A DNA stretch of 64,000 bases from Vicugna vicugna (Eukaryota), in contig MU061579.1 in assembly GCA_013265495.1 (NCBI GenBank), forward strand, positions 4,240,327 through 4,304,326, read 5' to 3'. The notes under the pieces are model-generated. The model saw nothing but the letters and a program-made list of their open reading frames with translations, ran no database searches and was not told the DNA's origin. This document shows positions 1-11,006 of this stretch, piece after piece (the stretch's first letter is position 1; each line of letters opens with the position of its first letter). The position numbers and the translations under genes are program-made.

Positions 1-289
1 TGTCTGTCTGTCTATCTATCAACCTACCTACCTGTCTAGACATGTATCTATGCATCTGTATATGTATTTATCTATCCATTTATTCCTACATCCATCCTTA
101 ATTCATCTATCCATCTAGTTCTTCACTTACCCAGCTACATTTCTCTCTCCCATCTATGCACCTCTTATCTGTTTTTTATATCAATCTGTGTATAGCTCTA
201 TCTATCCATTTATTTTTCCAACTCTCCTCCATCTCTTCATGTATCAGTAGCTCTGTATCAGTCTAAAATATATTATCTATCTATCTATA

Positions 290-325
<36 letters not shown>

Positions 326-330
326 TCATC
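1..330. repeat. Degenerate (TCTA/TCTG/TCCA)n tetranucleotide low-complexity region, with a cleaner compound (TCTA)(TCTG)(TCTA) STR at ~277-330
   Basis: Repeated tcta/tctg/tcca units directly visible. Confidence 0.9.
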
Positions 331-876
331 TTTCTCCATAATGTAATATCAGGGATAGAGTTCCACTCAACCTTTGCTTAAATTTCACCAGGAATGCAAA
401 ACTTACAATTCTACCAGGTAGCCAAGTCTCTAATTCTCCACATCTAGTGACTTAGAAGTTAACTGCATTTTAATAATCTCCATTTGTTAGTCATGGCTTT
501 GCTCTCCAGAAAATGTAAAATGAGTCTATTACCACTTCCATCTGAAAAAAAAAAAAATCTCCAGATTTTTGAAGAAAGCCAGTCTTTTTTATCCAGCACT
601 TTTGCTCACTGGCCTAAATAAACCCCCTTCTTACAGGATGCAGTTTTCTAGCATTATATACTACAATGATCCTTTCCTGTACACTCACAAAGTTTGTCAC
701 TATCCCTTTTACTTAAATTATTGTGCAATATTTAGAAATAAACAGATCTTAGAACTGTGAGTTGTATTGGATTTATTCTCTAAATATTGAGACTAATACA
801 TGATTATCAAGCTTGAAAATACCACTTTTCATGTAATATTATTTGTTAATTGCTATTTAATAAATTGTTACAATCT

Positions 877-1879
877 ATAAACAGCTCATATAACTTAATA
901 AGAAAAAACAAACAACCCAATCCAAAAATGGGCAAAAGACCTAAAGAAGCAATTCTCCAGTGAAGACATACAAATGACCAATAGGTACATGAAAAAATGC
1001 TCAGTATCACTAATTATCAGACAAATGCAAATCAAAACTACAATGAGGTATCACCTCACACTAGTCAGAATCACCATCATTAAAAAGTCCACTAATGATA
1101 AATGCTGGAGAGGGCATGGAGAAAAGGGAACCCTCCTACACTGCTGGTAGGAATGTCATTTGGTGCAGTCATTATGGGAAACAGTATGAAAATTCTTCAA
1201 AAACTAAAAACAGACTTAGCATATGATCCAGCAATCCCACTCCTGGCTATATATCTGGAGGGAACTCTAATTTGAAAAGATACATGCACCCCAGTGTTCA
1301 TAGCAGCACTGTGTACAATAGCTAAGACATAGAAACAACCTAAATGTCCATTGACAGATGACTGGATAAAGAAGTTGTGGTATATTTACACGATGGAATA
1401 CTACTCATCCATAAAAAAGAATAAAATAATGTCATTTGCAACAACATGGATAGACCTAGAGACCATCATTCTAAGTGATGTAAGCCAGAAAGAGAAAGAA
1501 AAATACCATATGATATCACTCATATGTGGAATCTAAAAAAAAGTAAAAACAAAGAGGACACTCATGAACTCATCTACAAAACAGAAACAGACTCACAGAC
1601 ATAGTAAACAATCTTATGGTTACTGGGGAAAAGGGTGGGAAGGGATAAATTTGGGAGTTTGAAATTTGTAAATGTTAGCCACTGTATTTCAACATAGATT
1701 TTTAAAAAAGTTTCTTCTGTATAGTACAGGGAACTATATCCAATATCTTGTAATAATCCTTAATGAAAAAGAATATGAAAATGAATATATATATGTGTAT
1801 GTGCGTGACTGGGACATTGTGCTGTATAACAGAAACTGAAACATTTTAATTGACTGCATGTCAGTAAAAAATAAAATAA
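877..1879 (+). mobile_element. 5'-truncated LINE-1 (ORF2 C-terminus + 3'UTR + A-rich tail) inserted into an MLT LTR
   Basis: ORF 1351-1536 (DDWIKKLWYIYTMEYYSSIKKNKIMSFATTWIDLETIILS) is the L1 ORF2p C-terminus; near-TSD aataaattgttacaatct (859-876) / aataaattattataatct (1880-1897), 2 mismatches. Confidence 0.95.
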
Positions 1880-1897
1880 AATAAATTATTATAATCT

Positions 1898-2425
1898 TAG
1901 CAGCTTAAGATAATGCACAGTTGTTATCTCACAGTTTCTGTGAGTCAGGAATCTAGGCTCAGCTTAGCTAGACCCTCTGCTAGGATATCACAAGGCTGCC
2001 ATGAGTGTCATCCAAACTATGCTCTCATGTGGAGGCTTAACTGGGAGGATTCCATTTCCAATCTCACTCAAGTTGTTGGCAGATCCATTTCCACATGACT
2101 ATAGAAATGCCCTCACCTCTTCCTGGTTGATGGCTGGAGACTTCCCTCGGGTCCTAAACACCACTCTCAGCGGCTTGCCATGTAAGCTTTCTAGCAGGGA
2201 TGCTTACTTCCTCAAAGCCAACTAGGGAGAAATCTGTGGAGCAAGTCTACTGGCAAAATGAAATCTTATATAATTGTGGGAGTAAAATCTCATCACCTTG
2301 GCCACATTCAATTGGTTCCAAACAAGTCACAGATCCCACCTACGTTCAAAGAAAGAAGATTAAATACAAACAAATGTGATCACCAGCAGGTAGGGATCAT
2401 AGAGGCGTTCTTTGAGTCTTTCACC
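1898..2425 (-). mobile_element. MaLR (MLT1-family) solo LTR; its other end lies at ~831-876, split off by the L1
   Basis: cttagcagcttaa...tatctcacagtttctgtgagtcaggaatctagg...cttagct matches the antisense of MLT1 LTR 3' ends. Confidence 0.75.
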
Positions 2426-2569
2426 AAATATCCAATGAATCAAAATAGTATCAAGTGATACAGCATCTGAGTGTATGATAGTGATTTGTTTCTAATGTTT
2501 CATGGAACTTCTTGGAAAACAAAACTGCCATGAGCCTTCTCTATATCATTGAGGGTGAGGACCGAGTCC

Positions 2570-3510
2570 TGGTAGATGTAATGGATTGAATTAATAACCT
2601 CAATTTTTCAAACCTCTCTGTATCCAGCCCTTTTCCATGCAATGTTACAATCCCTATTCACTGTGAACAGTGCTTTACTTTCCTAACAATTTGAATCTAA
2701 GTTCAATAATGTTATCTATTACATTAGTTTTATAGGGCTGCACACCCACACACAAAATAGCCACAAACTTGGTGGCTTAAAACAACAGAAATTTATTCTC
2801 TCAAGTTCTGGATGCCAGAGATCCAAAATCAAGGTGTCATCAGGGTTATACTGCCTCCAGAGTCTCTGGGAAGAACCCTTCCTTGACTCTTCCACAGTTG
2901 GAAGTGGCTAGAGGCATTTCTTGACTTGCTGTTGCCTAATTCCAGTATCTGCCTCTGTCTTCCCATGGTTTTCTCTTCTATTTCTGTGTATATCCCTCTT
3001 CTCTCTGTTATCAGTACCCTTGTAGCTAGATTTTGGGTCCACCACAATAATCCAGGATGATCTCATCTTGAGTTTGTTAATTACATCTGCAAGATGCTTT
3101 TTTCAAATAAGCTCAAATAGGCTTCAAATAAGGTTCTGGGAAGTGGATGTATCTTTTTAGGGGCCACTCTTCAACCTACTACATCTTCTTTGACCAATGA
3201 GAGGCTTCACAAACATGATGTGACACAGCACTAGTGAGATCGGGCTTCCTCTCTTGAACTTCTCTCGTCTCCATAAAAAGTTTGTACTTGAGCTAGCCAC
3301 CAGATCACAGGACGAGGCAAACATGGTGCTCCAGATATGGTATCCCAGCCAAACCCAGACTAGAACTAAACCCTCAGCTTATTTGGAGATGTAGGATAGA
3401 GTCCAACCAGGCCAACCAATAGCATCTAAACTACACAAATAAGTGAGAAACAAGTATTTATTATTATATACCACTGTAGGTCTGTGGTTGCTTGTTAGGT
3501 AACAACTAAG
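2570..3510 (+). mobile_element. Old MLT1 (H/J-like) LTR interrupted by a younger MLT1C-like LTR
   Basis: ttgaatct...(insert)...ttctttgaccaatgag continuity across the insert; 3' end gtgagaaacaagtatttattatt...gtggttgcttgtta. Confidence 0.55.
2720..3183 (-). mobile_element. MLT1C-like solo LTR
   Basis: aaacttggtggcttaaaacaacagaaatttattctctc...; the reverse complement starts TGTAGTAGGTTGAAGAGTGGCCCC. Confidence 0.85.
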
Positions 3511-3517
3511 TAATTCT

Positions 3518-3570
3518 ATGTGTGTGTGTGTGTATGTATGTGTGTATGTATGTATATGAGTATGTACATA
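3518..3570. repeat. (TG)n/(TATG)n microsatellite
   Basis: Directly visible. Confidence 0.9.
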
Positions 3571-3789
3571 TTTCCTTTTTAGTTTGTTTAGGATTCATTT
3601 CCTGCTAGATGTTCCTCTAATCTCCCCTAACTTCAGGAACAAAAGTTTTCACTTCTAACTCTTGCATTTTCTTTGAGCAAAAATTCCTCCCAGAAAAGTT
3701 ATCTGCCACAATTAATTCATGCTAATATGAAAATTTAAGTCATTTAAACTTGTCTCAAGGTTATTTAATTTATCGTTAATGAGATAATA

Positions 3790-3945
3790 GCTATGAGACA
3801 CGTAACTATTCAACCCACAAGAAAACAGGCAGAGATGATTGAGGTAAGTTGCCTAGAGTACACACACAGTCAGTAAGCAGTGCAGCTTTGTTCGATCCAG
3901 ACAACCTAAGCCCCAGGGACTCTGTTCTTAGCCTACACTCACTGC
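3790..3945 (-). mobile_element. MIR SINE fragment
   Basis: gaaaacaggcagagatgattgaggtaagttgcctagagtacacacacagtcagtaagc resembles the antisense MIR core. Confidence 0.55.
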
Positions 3946-4574
3946 CATGATTATACAATAAAACTCTGCTCCTTTACTCACCGTTGTAAAGTATTATGAC
4001 AGAGGGCAGATGGAGAAAGACTGTTTTGGGAAGGGATTCCTGAAATGCAGAATTTGAAACCACTTTTATAAGACCTCTGGGAAAGATGGAGGCCTATATT
4101 TCTGCTATGGTTCTTGACTCTGTCCAGGCCAACCCTAAAAATACTAATGCAAGAATTTGCCTTTCATTATTAGCCTTATGCCCCATGATTTCCTGCTGAA
4201 TATTCTTAGAATTCAAAACCCTTTTTAAAAATTTTATAATCCATTTTATGTTCACTAAGCATTCAGTTATATATTAGCTTTAGATTTCCTCACCACAGGG
4301 TTGTTGGTATGGTGTAAATATTGCCTAATCTTGCCTTACAGAGTGCATAGTATGTCACTGGCATTTATTGATTTTTCCATTTGCTTAGGCTCACAATACA
4401 TATTAATATAAATTAAACAGTAATGCACAATCCACATTCTTTGTAACACATGTAGTATAGAATTTTAATAAAGAGATTAAAATTTTAATATTCAAAATAT
4501 GGATTATATATTCCAGGGAGGAGTAGAATAATTCTAGTGTGTTATGGCAAATTATGTAATATAAGGATAAAAGG

Positions 4575-4700
4575 AGAGACCTTGGACATGGACTGAATTG
4601 TTTTCCAGTATTAGCTCCACTGTTTACTAGTTATAGGACCTTGAGTGTGTTATTTAACTTATTTTAACTATAGTCTTTTTTCTTGTATAATACATACATA
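4575..4700 (+). mobile_element. MIR SINE fragment
   Basis: agctccactgtttactagttataggaccttgagtgtgttatttaactt resembles the MIR core. Confidence 0.55.
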
Positions 4701-5158
4701 ATTCATATTAATGGTGATGGATATAAATTATTTTAATCACCTTAAAAAAGATTTACTGTTATAACAAAATTTCTTTCATATATTTTGTCTCTTTTTCCTC
4801 CAAAATAACTGCCATATTTACTGTTGGTCTCTTGGTGGCTGTGATACAATGATGCTTCTACTGCCGTCCTTATATTAAACTAGGAGTAAAGTTAAAAGGC
4901 TATTGATGTTGGTATTATCTTTATGATCCTACCATATGAGATGAAAGACCAGCTCTTACCTCTTCAAGACTTTTTCTAGATGGGGTTAGTCTTCAGTCTC
5001 ACATCTATTATAACACATCTTGGTTGTATTTTATTTTTGTGTGTGTGATTCCCCTATAAAATTGAAAAAATTTTTTTTAAATATCCCTGGGCTAGGAAGT
5101 ACTTATATATAATAAGGATTCTGTTAGGAAACAAAATTATAGTCAGATTTTTTTAATT

Positions 5159-5590
5159 CAGCAGTTCCAAAGTTTATCTCTAAGGACCCCCTTGACATAT
5201 GTAAAAAAAATAAATACTTCATATACATTAAAGTACATGCTTCACATGCTTTAAAAAGTTGAGGACTACAAAAAATTTTTCTTTATATGGGTTAAATCTG
5301 TCACTATTTAATACATTAAAATTGAAATTAATTATTTAAATATTTATTGAGTCATTTGAAATGAATAATAACAGACTTGTTACATGTTATACATTTTTAT
5401 GAAAAAAATTCTCAGAAATAAAATACAAGTTGGAAAGAATTGTATAATTTCCTATTTTTGTGAATCTCCTTAATGTCTTAATTAATTGAAGGCATATATG
5501 CCTTCTCATATATGCTTCTGCATTCAATCTGTTGCAATATTTTGTTGGACTGAAATATTTGAAAAAAATTCAGCCTTGCATAAAATGATA
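5159..5590. mobile_element. hAT-Charlie DNA transposon fragment (Charlie1-like)
   Basis: cagcagttcc...aaggacccccttgaca terminus and ctcatatatgcttctgcattcaatctgttgcaatat, recalled from Charlie1. Confidence 0.7.
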
Positions 5591-5776
5591 ATTTATGTCA
5601 TTCCATAGTTGCCTTATTCTCTGGCAGCATTTTGGCTTATTCAGGTTCTTTATTTCAAGGGATAACATATCTTCATTTCCACAGGATTCACGTGTTACTG
5701 GCCCTCTCTTTATTGAATCACTTCTCCATGTTCCCACTGTGTAGCAGCAATCTAATTTCCCCTTGGTAGTCAAGAC

Positions 5777-6022
5777 TGTCATGGGTTGAATGTGTGGGGC
5801 CCATGTAAGTGGATGAAAAACTAGAGCTCCCTCTCTGCCATATGGGGATGCAGCAAAAAGGTGGCTGTCTGTAAATGAAGATGAGAGCCCTTACCAAGAA
5901 CCCAGCCATGCTGGCACCCTGAGTTCAGAAGTCTAAGCCTCCAAATATGTGAGAGATAAATGTTTGCTATTTAATCCACACAGTCCCTGGTGCTGTTACA
6001 GCAGCCCAAGCTGACTGAGACA
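5777..6022 (+). mobile_element. MLT1A-like solo LTR with internal deletion, inserted in the ERV-L dUTPase
   Basis: TGTCATGGGTTGAATGTG start, CAGCAGCCCAAGCTGACTGAGACA end; shorter than the related copy at 56908-57274. Confidence 0.85.
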
Positions 6023-9000
6023 AAAATCAATCACTTTTGCCCTTTTTGCATTTTTGACCCATGAGAAGCCCACTGTGTCCCGGGGGCAGTTTCAGCAATC
6101 AGTTTAATGAAATTATGGCTGTATTCTCTAATAGAAGCTTTTCTCCCTTGGGATGTAGGACCTCTAAACTCGCTAAGTTCTAGGGCGGAAGACCAAACAA
6201 CATCATCTATCTATAAAAATATACATAAACATAAATAGAAATAAATATGTAGTATAATTGAGGCCACTCCTATCTTCACTTCGTAGCACCTGTTCTCCTC
6301 AATCCTGTCTAAGGAATAAGTGCCATGTATTGATTGCTAGCTTAAGATATAGACCACATTCTGTTGTATAGCACCCCACTCTCAAAATGATGTCTCCCAA
6401 CTAGTGCCATAACTGAGCTTTCAATAGGCCACTCCACTCTCCTATCAGGTTGGCTGCTTCTGTATGTGAAGTACCTGGTAAGACCAGTCACGTGGATATG
6501 GGCCCATTACCTCAACAGTATGGTAAAATGAGTTCCCTTATCAAAAGCAATGTTGTATAGGATTACAGAGTAATGAATGAAACAGTCTACAAATGGTTAT
6601 ACTAGCAAAGTTGTTTAAGGCATGTAAAGAGAACTATATTTGGATTAGTTATGCTCAAGAGGATGAATGGCTCCCTCTTCAATGAATAAAGAAGTGCAAT
6701 GTAATCATTTTTTGTCAAGTGATTAGCAGCTCTACCTGAGTAGTGGTACAAAATCAGAATCTCAGTATTGCTGTCTGCTATTTGCAAGTTTTGCACTCAG
6801 CAAGAGTGGTAGTCAGACCAGTCTTGGTTAGGTAAAATACAACTTGTTGAAATATGGTTACCTTCTAACTCTGTTGCTATAACCACTTTAAACATGGGCT
6901 AATTGAGCAAACACTAGGGTAAAGAAGGTTGGTATACAGAGAATTATTCATCTTGTGTAATCAGTTGTAAGAGTGGAAGACCTCAGTTGTTGACTGTTCC
7001 AATAAATCATATATCTACATTTTTTCCAGACTTCACTGTAACCAATCTGTTAATTTTATTCTAAATAAGTCATTGAGGAGTGGCTACAGAATCTGTTAAC
7101 TGTTACCCGTGAGGTAGTATCAATCTATTCCCTAGGCCATCTTTTCTTCCAATGAAAGTGATAAGATGTCCTGTGTTTAAGTTTTGCCCTGTGGGAAAAT
7201 TTTTCTTCACTACTGTCATTCAGTAAACCATGCAGAAACATCTGAAACTCGATGTTTATTTTTTCCCCCTTTTTTGTTAAAAGAAAGAAACCACAAGTGT
7301 GGATTTAGAAAAAGATTATAAAATATCAGGACAATTACTGTAATAATCAGAGGTGCCCAGTTATGAAACTTCATTTTGCCTTTTTGACTTGCTTAAGCCT
7401 GGTGTCATATAAAACTGCTTTCTTTTACTAATAGAATCCTGTAGCATACACCCAATTTAATGATTGGATGCACCATATGTGATGGGCAGTGTAAGTATCA
7501 ATGTACTTGGTGTCCTAGCTTAAGCATTGAATTTCTACCACAGCACAATTATAAGTCCTGAACTGCTCTGGATAAAGATAGTTATTGGCAGAAAAGGACA
7601 TGGCTTTGCTCCAACATTCTACAGATGCGTACTGTGATTCTCCCAGTGGGGCTTCAGAACTGCTCTGCACAATATCCTTATTTGCCATAGACGGTTCAAG
7701 CACCATATTGTCTGCCTTACATGCAAGGGCAGAACAGCTTGCATCACAGACTGAACCTGCTGCAGAGCCTTTTCTTCCCCCATCTGTAATCAAAACTGGT
7801 ATCCTTATGAATTACCTAGTAGGTAAGTCAGAGAATCTCATCTAAATGTGTTATATGTTACAAACAAATCCAAAGGTGCCCACCAAGCTTCTTTATTTGT
7901 GATGGATAGAGCAAAGTAGAACAATTTCTTTAATTTAGAAGGGACAGAATAATGTGAGAGACCACTGGACTAGAAAATTTAACAATAATACTTTTATCTA
8001 GAATTGTATGGAATAATTGCCCATTCTCCAAAATTCATGTGTCTTATTAAGATATCTGGTGTACTTGCTTCTCCTGTCTATAGGGGTATCAAGGTAACTG
8101 AGGTCTCTGCAGATTATATTATAGGAAAGAGCAGGAGACTTGGTGTAGCTTTGAAAAAAGGTGTCCATCTGTGTCTGGCGAAGAACTGTTTTCAGTGTTT
8201 CTTACTAAATAAAACAAGTAATCAAAAAGAATTTCCCAGATTAGTTGCTTTATGACAGCCTTATATAGGGAATGTGCAATTTTTTTCAGTAAAATTTTAG
8301 TATCGTGACCTTCAGTGATGGGTACTACTATCTTATCAAGTTTATGACAATACACAGTTACTCTCCAAGATCAATAAAACATTTTTCATCAGCCAAAGGG
8401 AAATGATTAGCTACCAACCCTGACCCTTCATGTTTTTGAAAGCAGCAGTATAATCTGCATTTTCTTACTGAATGTGGTATTGATATTGACTTACTATTTT
8501 GGTATAAAGTATAAAATGGGGAATGTTTTGATGGTTTCCGTTTGGTCTTTTCTGTCTTAACAAGGGTCAGGGAACTATTGTAGGGATCTTGCAAGTTGTT
8601 CAGTGTGTCTCTTTTAATTACACATTCAGAAACCCATGTTCTAACTAGAGGATGGGCCACTGGACCATCTACTCTATAATTTTTATAATTCCACTCCGAA
8701 TGGTGAGTTACAGTATCTATTCACATCCAGTATCTAATGATCTAAGGAGATCTTTGTCTTTTCAGTTTCTCAGTGTCTAATCACTCTACAAATGGTCAAA
8801 AGTACTTCTGGGGAAAGTTTGAAGGAAATGTCAACGTACACATCTGTGGCTAAGGTTTCAGGTCTTTCTTAAAAGGTAGTCTTCTGCCTTCCTCAGTATG
8901 TTCAATATCTATGAAATGACTTAGGTCTTAATTTTGTGTGAGAAACTTTGAATCTTCCTGTGGAGCCTACAGTCAGGTTTCTGCCCACCAGATATAAATT

Positions 9001-10279
9001 TCTCACTTATAAGTATAAAACAGCACATTATTAGTTCCCTTTATATTTCATTCCTAGGGAGCTTGTGATCAATTATTTTCCTTCGTAGAACTCACTTGGT
9101 TCAAATAATCTGATTAAAACTAAGTCCATGAGGCTTACTAGGGTAATTACACCCACCTGTTTTCTGTCTGTTAGGCACTGCAAAATGGCCTCCACCATTC
9201 AGAGATGCCATTATTCCTATTGAAATCAGAGAGTCCAATTCCATAATATGCTTGCCCACTATAATCTTCAACTTACAGAGGCCACTCATTACAAATCTTT
9301 TCATGATGATAGCATTCCCCACAAAAACAAAAATGTATTTCTTAATGTTTCAGGCCACTCAGATCAGTTACAACCTGCCCATCTACTAAGCTTTCAGATG
9401 CCTCCCTCTATATAATGCCTAGAAATCTAGCATCTTAGATTCACTGACTGTAGATAACTGTTTACTCCAGGCTTCAATATGCTAAATAATTAAATTCTTA
9501 AGCACACCCACAAGTGCTTGGGCCAGCATATCAAATGCCAAATATTGGATTAAAGCCACTGTTTTGATAAATTTGGTCCTGTTAGATTTAATACCCTTAG
9601 ATGTAGTAAGATCTTGAAATTTTATTTGGTGCATAGCCTATCTCCTCTTATAGAGACTACATTTCTTAGTCTGGAGTTTGAGTCCAGAGGCACTAACAGT
9701 GGGGGGGGGGTATTTAAGAAAAATAAACATCTCTTTGGAAGCAACTGCACCAGCTCAAGTCATTAATGGATTTTTGTAAAAGGGAATGCTAATTTCCTTA
9801 GACAGTGGAAGAAGAGCTTCTTCTGATGAGAGTGGATTTCAAAAATATTTTAAGAACAGATGCCCAATTTTGTTCGTATCTCCCAAAATGTCCCCAAACC
9901 AAGTCTTTAAATCCTGCTTATCCTCACCAGGGTCCTATTCCAAGCCTGAGAGACTTGAAATTGGAAGTTACTCATTTAACTGGCCTTGCAAGTCTTAACC
10001 TACACAGTCTGATTTAGAGCCAAGTCGTCAGCATGCCTTTCTTACAGAAATATAAGATTGTTTTACGTCTATCATGGAAGCTTCGCACCTGTATTTGCAA
10101 TTCAGAAATACAGGCCTTTTCAATTACTATTTTCTTCTTGCCCATTCTCCAGCACCAAGATAGTCCTTCTACCTCACAGTTTTACTGTAACCATTATAAT
10201 TTTCATGTTTTTCACACTTGATTGAAACACTTGATCACAAAAACCTTTGCCTTCCATTAGTACTCCAGCCTGATGTACT

Positions 10280-10462
10280 CAGCTGGAGTAAGTTTTAAAG
10301 GCTTGCAGCATATGCATTTCCACAGAGCCCTGCACTCACTAAGACTCAGCACTTGTTTTAATGCTCTGTTGTTATTGTCTTGAAATTTTTGATGAGTTTG
10401 AAACAAGGGAACCAGCATTTTTATTTTTGCATTGAGGACTGCAAATTATGTGGCCAGTCAGC
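10280..10462. mobile_element. MER91A-like hAT-Tip100 MITE
   Basis: ttttaatgctctgttgttattgtcttgaaattttt...ttttgcattgaggactgcaaattatgtggccagtc. Confidence 0.7.
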
Positions 10463-10588
10463 CACTAGTAGTGATAATTTGGGTAAGTCTGGTGTCAGTG
10501 AATAATAGGCTATCATTGTTCTGCTTTCCCCAGCAAGTATACCATCCATGTGTTCAACTAACAGATGATCCACCTGGTTCCAAAATTC

Positions 10589-11006
10589 TGTCTGAGCCTG
10601 TGCTTCTTGGTGGTATATTTTCAATCATCTACTCTACTTCTCAGGATTTTGTCCACTCTGATGGCTCAACTGAAAGGATTTCAATGAAAAGAATATTTAT
10701 ATGAGCATGAACAGACTTTAGGGAAGCAACGAAGGGGTTTGAGTTTTTTAGAAACTAGCAGTAGTGAAAAAGGTCTTTCATCAATACATTATAGTCATGG
10801 AAGGACACAGTCACTACTGTAAACACAGTTGAAACAAGCCTGAATTGGAGGAGTAATGGCCTGACTTTTCTCTCATCAGTGAAACCCAGCTCAAAGCCTG
10901 CAGAGGAATCCAGGTGATGCCATCATAGCAATCAGACAATCAAAGCAGAGAAGGATTGAGAATGAATCTGGTGGGCCGGGGCAACAGGAAAAAAAAAAAC
11001 AACACA
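10589..11006 (-). mobile_element. 5' LTR of the ERV-L provirus (LTR33-like)
   Basis: Minus strand reads TGTG...TCAGACA, followed immediately by GAATTTTGGAACCAGGTGG, resembling the ERV-L LTR/primer-binding-site junction. Confidence 0.65.

Larger units (their letters stand above)
5600..10588 (-). mobile_element. Decayed ERV-L internal region (gag - pol RT/RNase H - dUTPase), non-coding
   Basis: Minus-strand peptides: gag-like ELDSLISIGIMASLNGGGHFAVPNRQKTGG (9101-9322); RT-like WRVTVYCHKLDKIVVPIT (~8315-8370) and QSYTKSPALSYNIICRDL (~8100-8155); RNase H-like MVLEPSMANKDIVQSSSEAPLGESQYASVECWSKAMSFSANNY (7515-7793); dUTPase-like LKLPPGHSGLL (~6060-6095) and DYQGEIRLLLHSG (~5730-5775). Confidence 0.85.

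Noticed and set aside
3103..3135. Triple tcaaata[a/g]g repeat
   Set aside because: Local slippage within an MLT1C LTR.
7515..7793. ERV-L pol ORF as a domesticated gene
   Set aside because: Short, frameshifted and surrounded by stops; catalytic RT region appears deleted.
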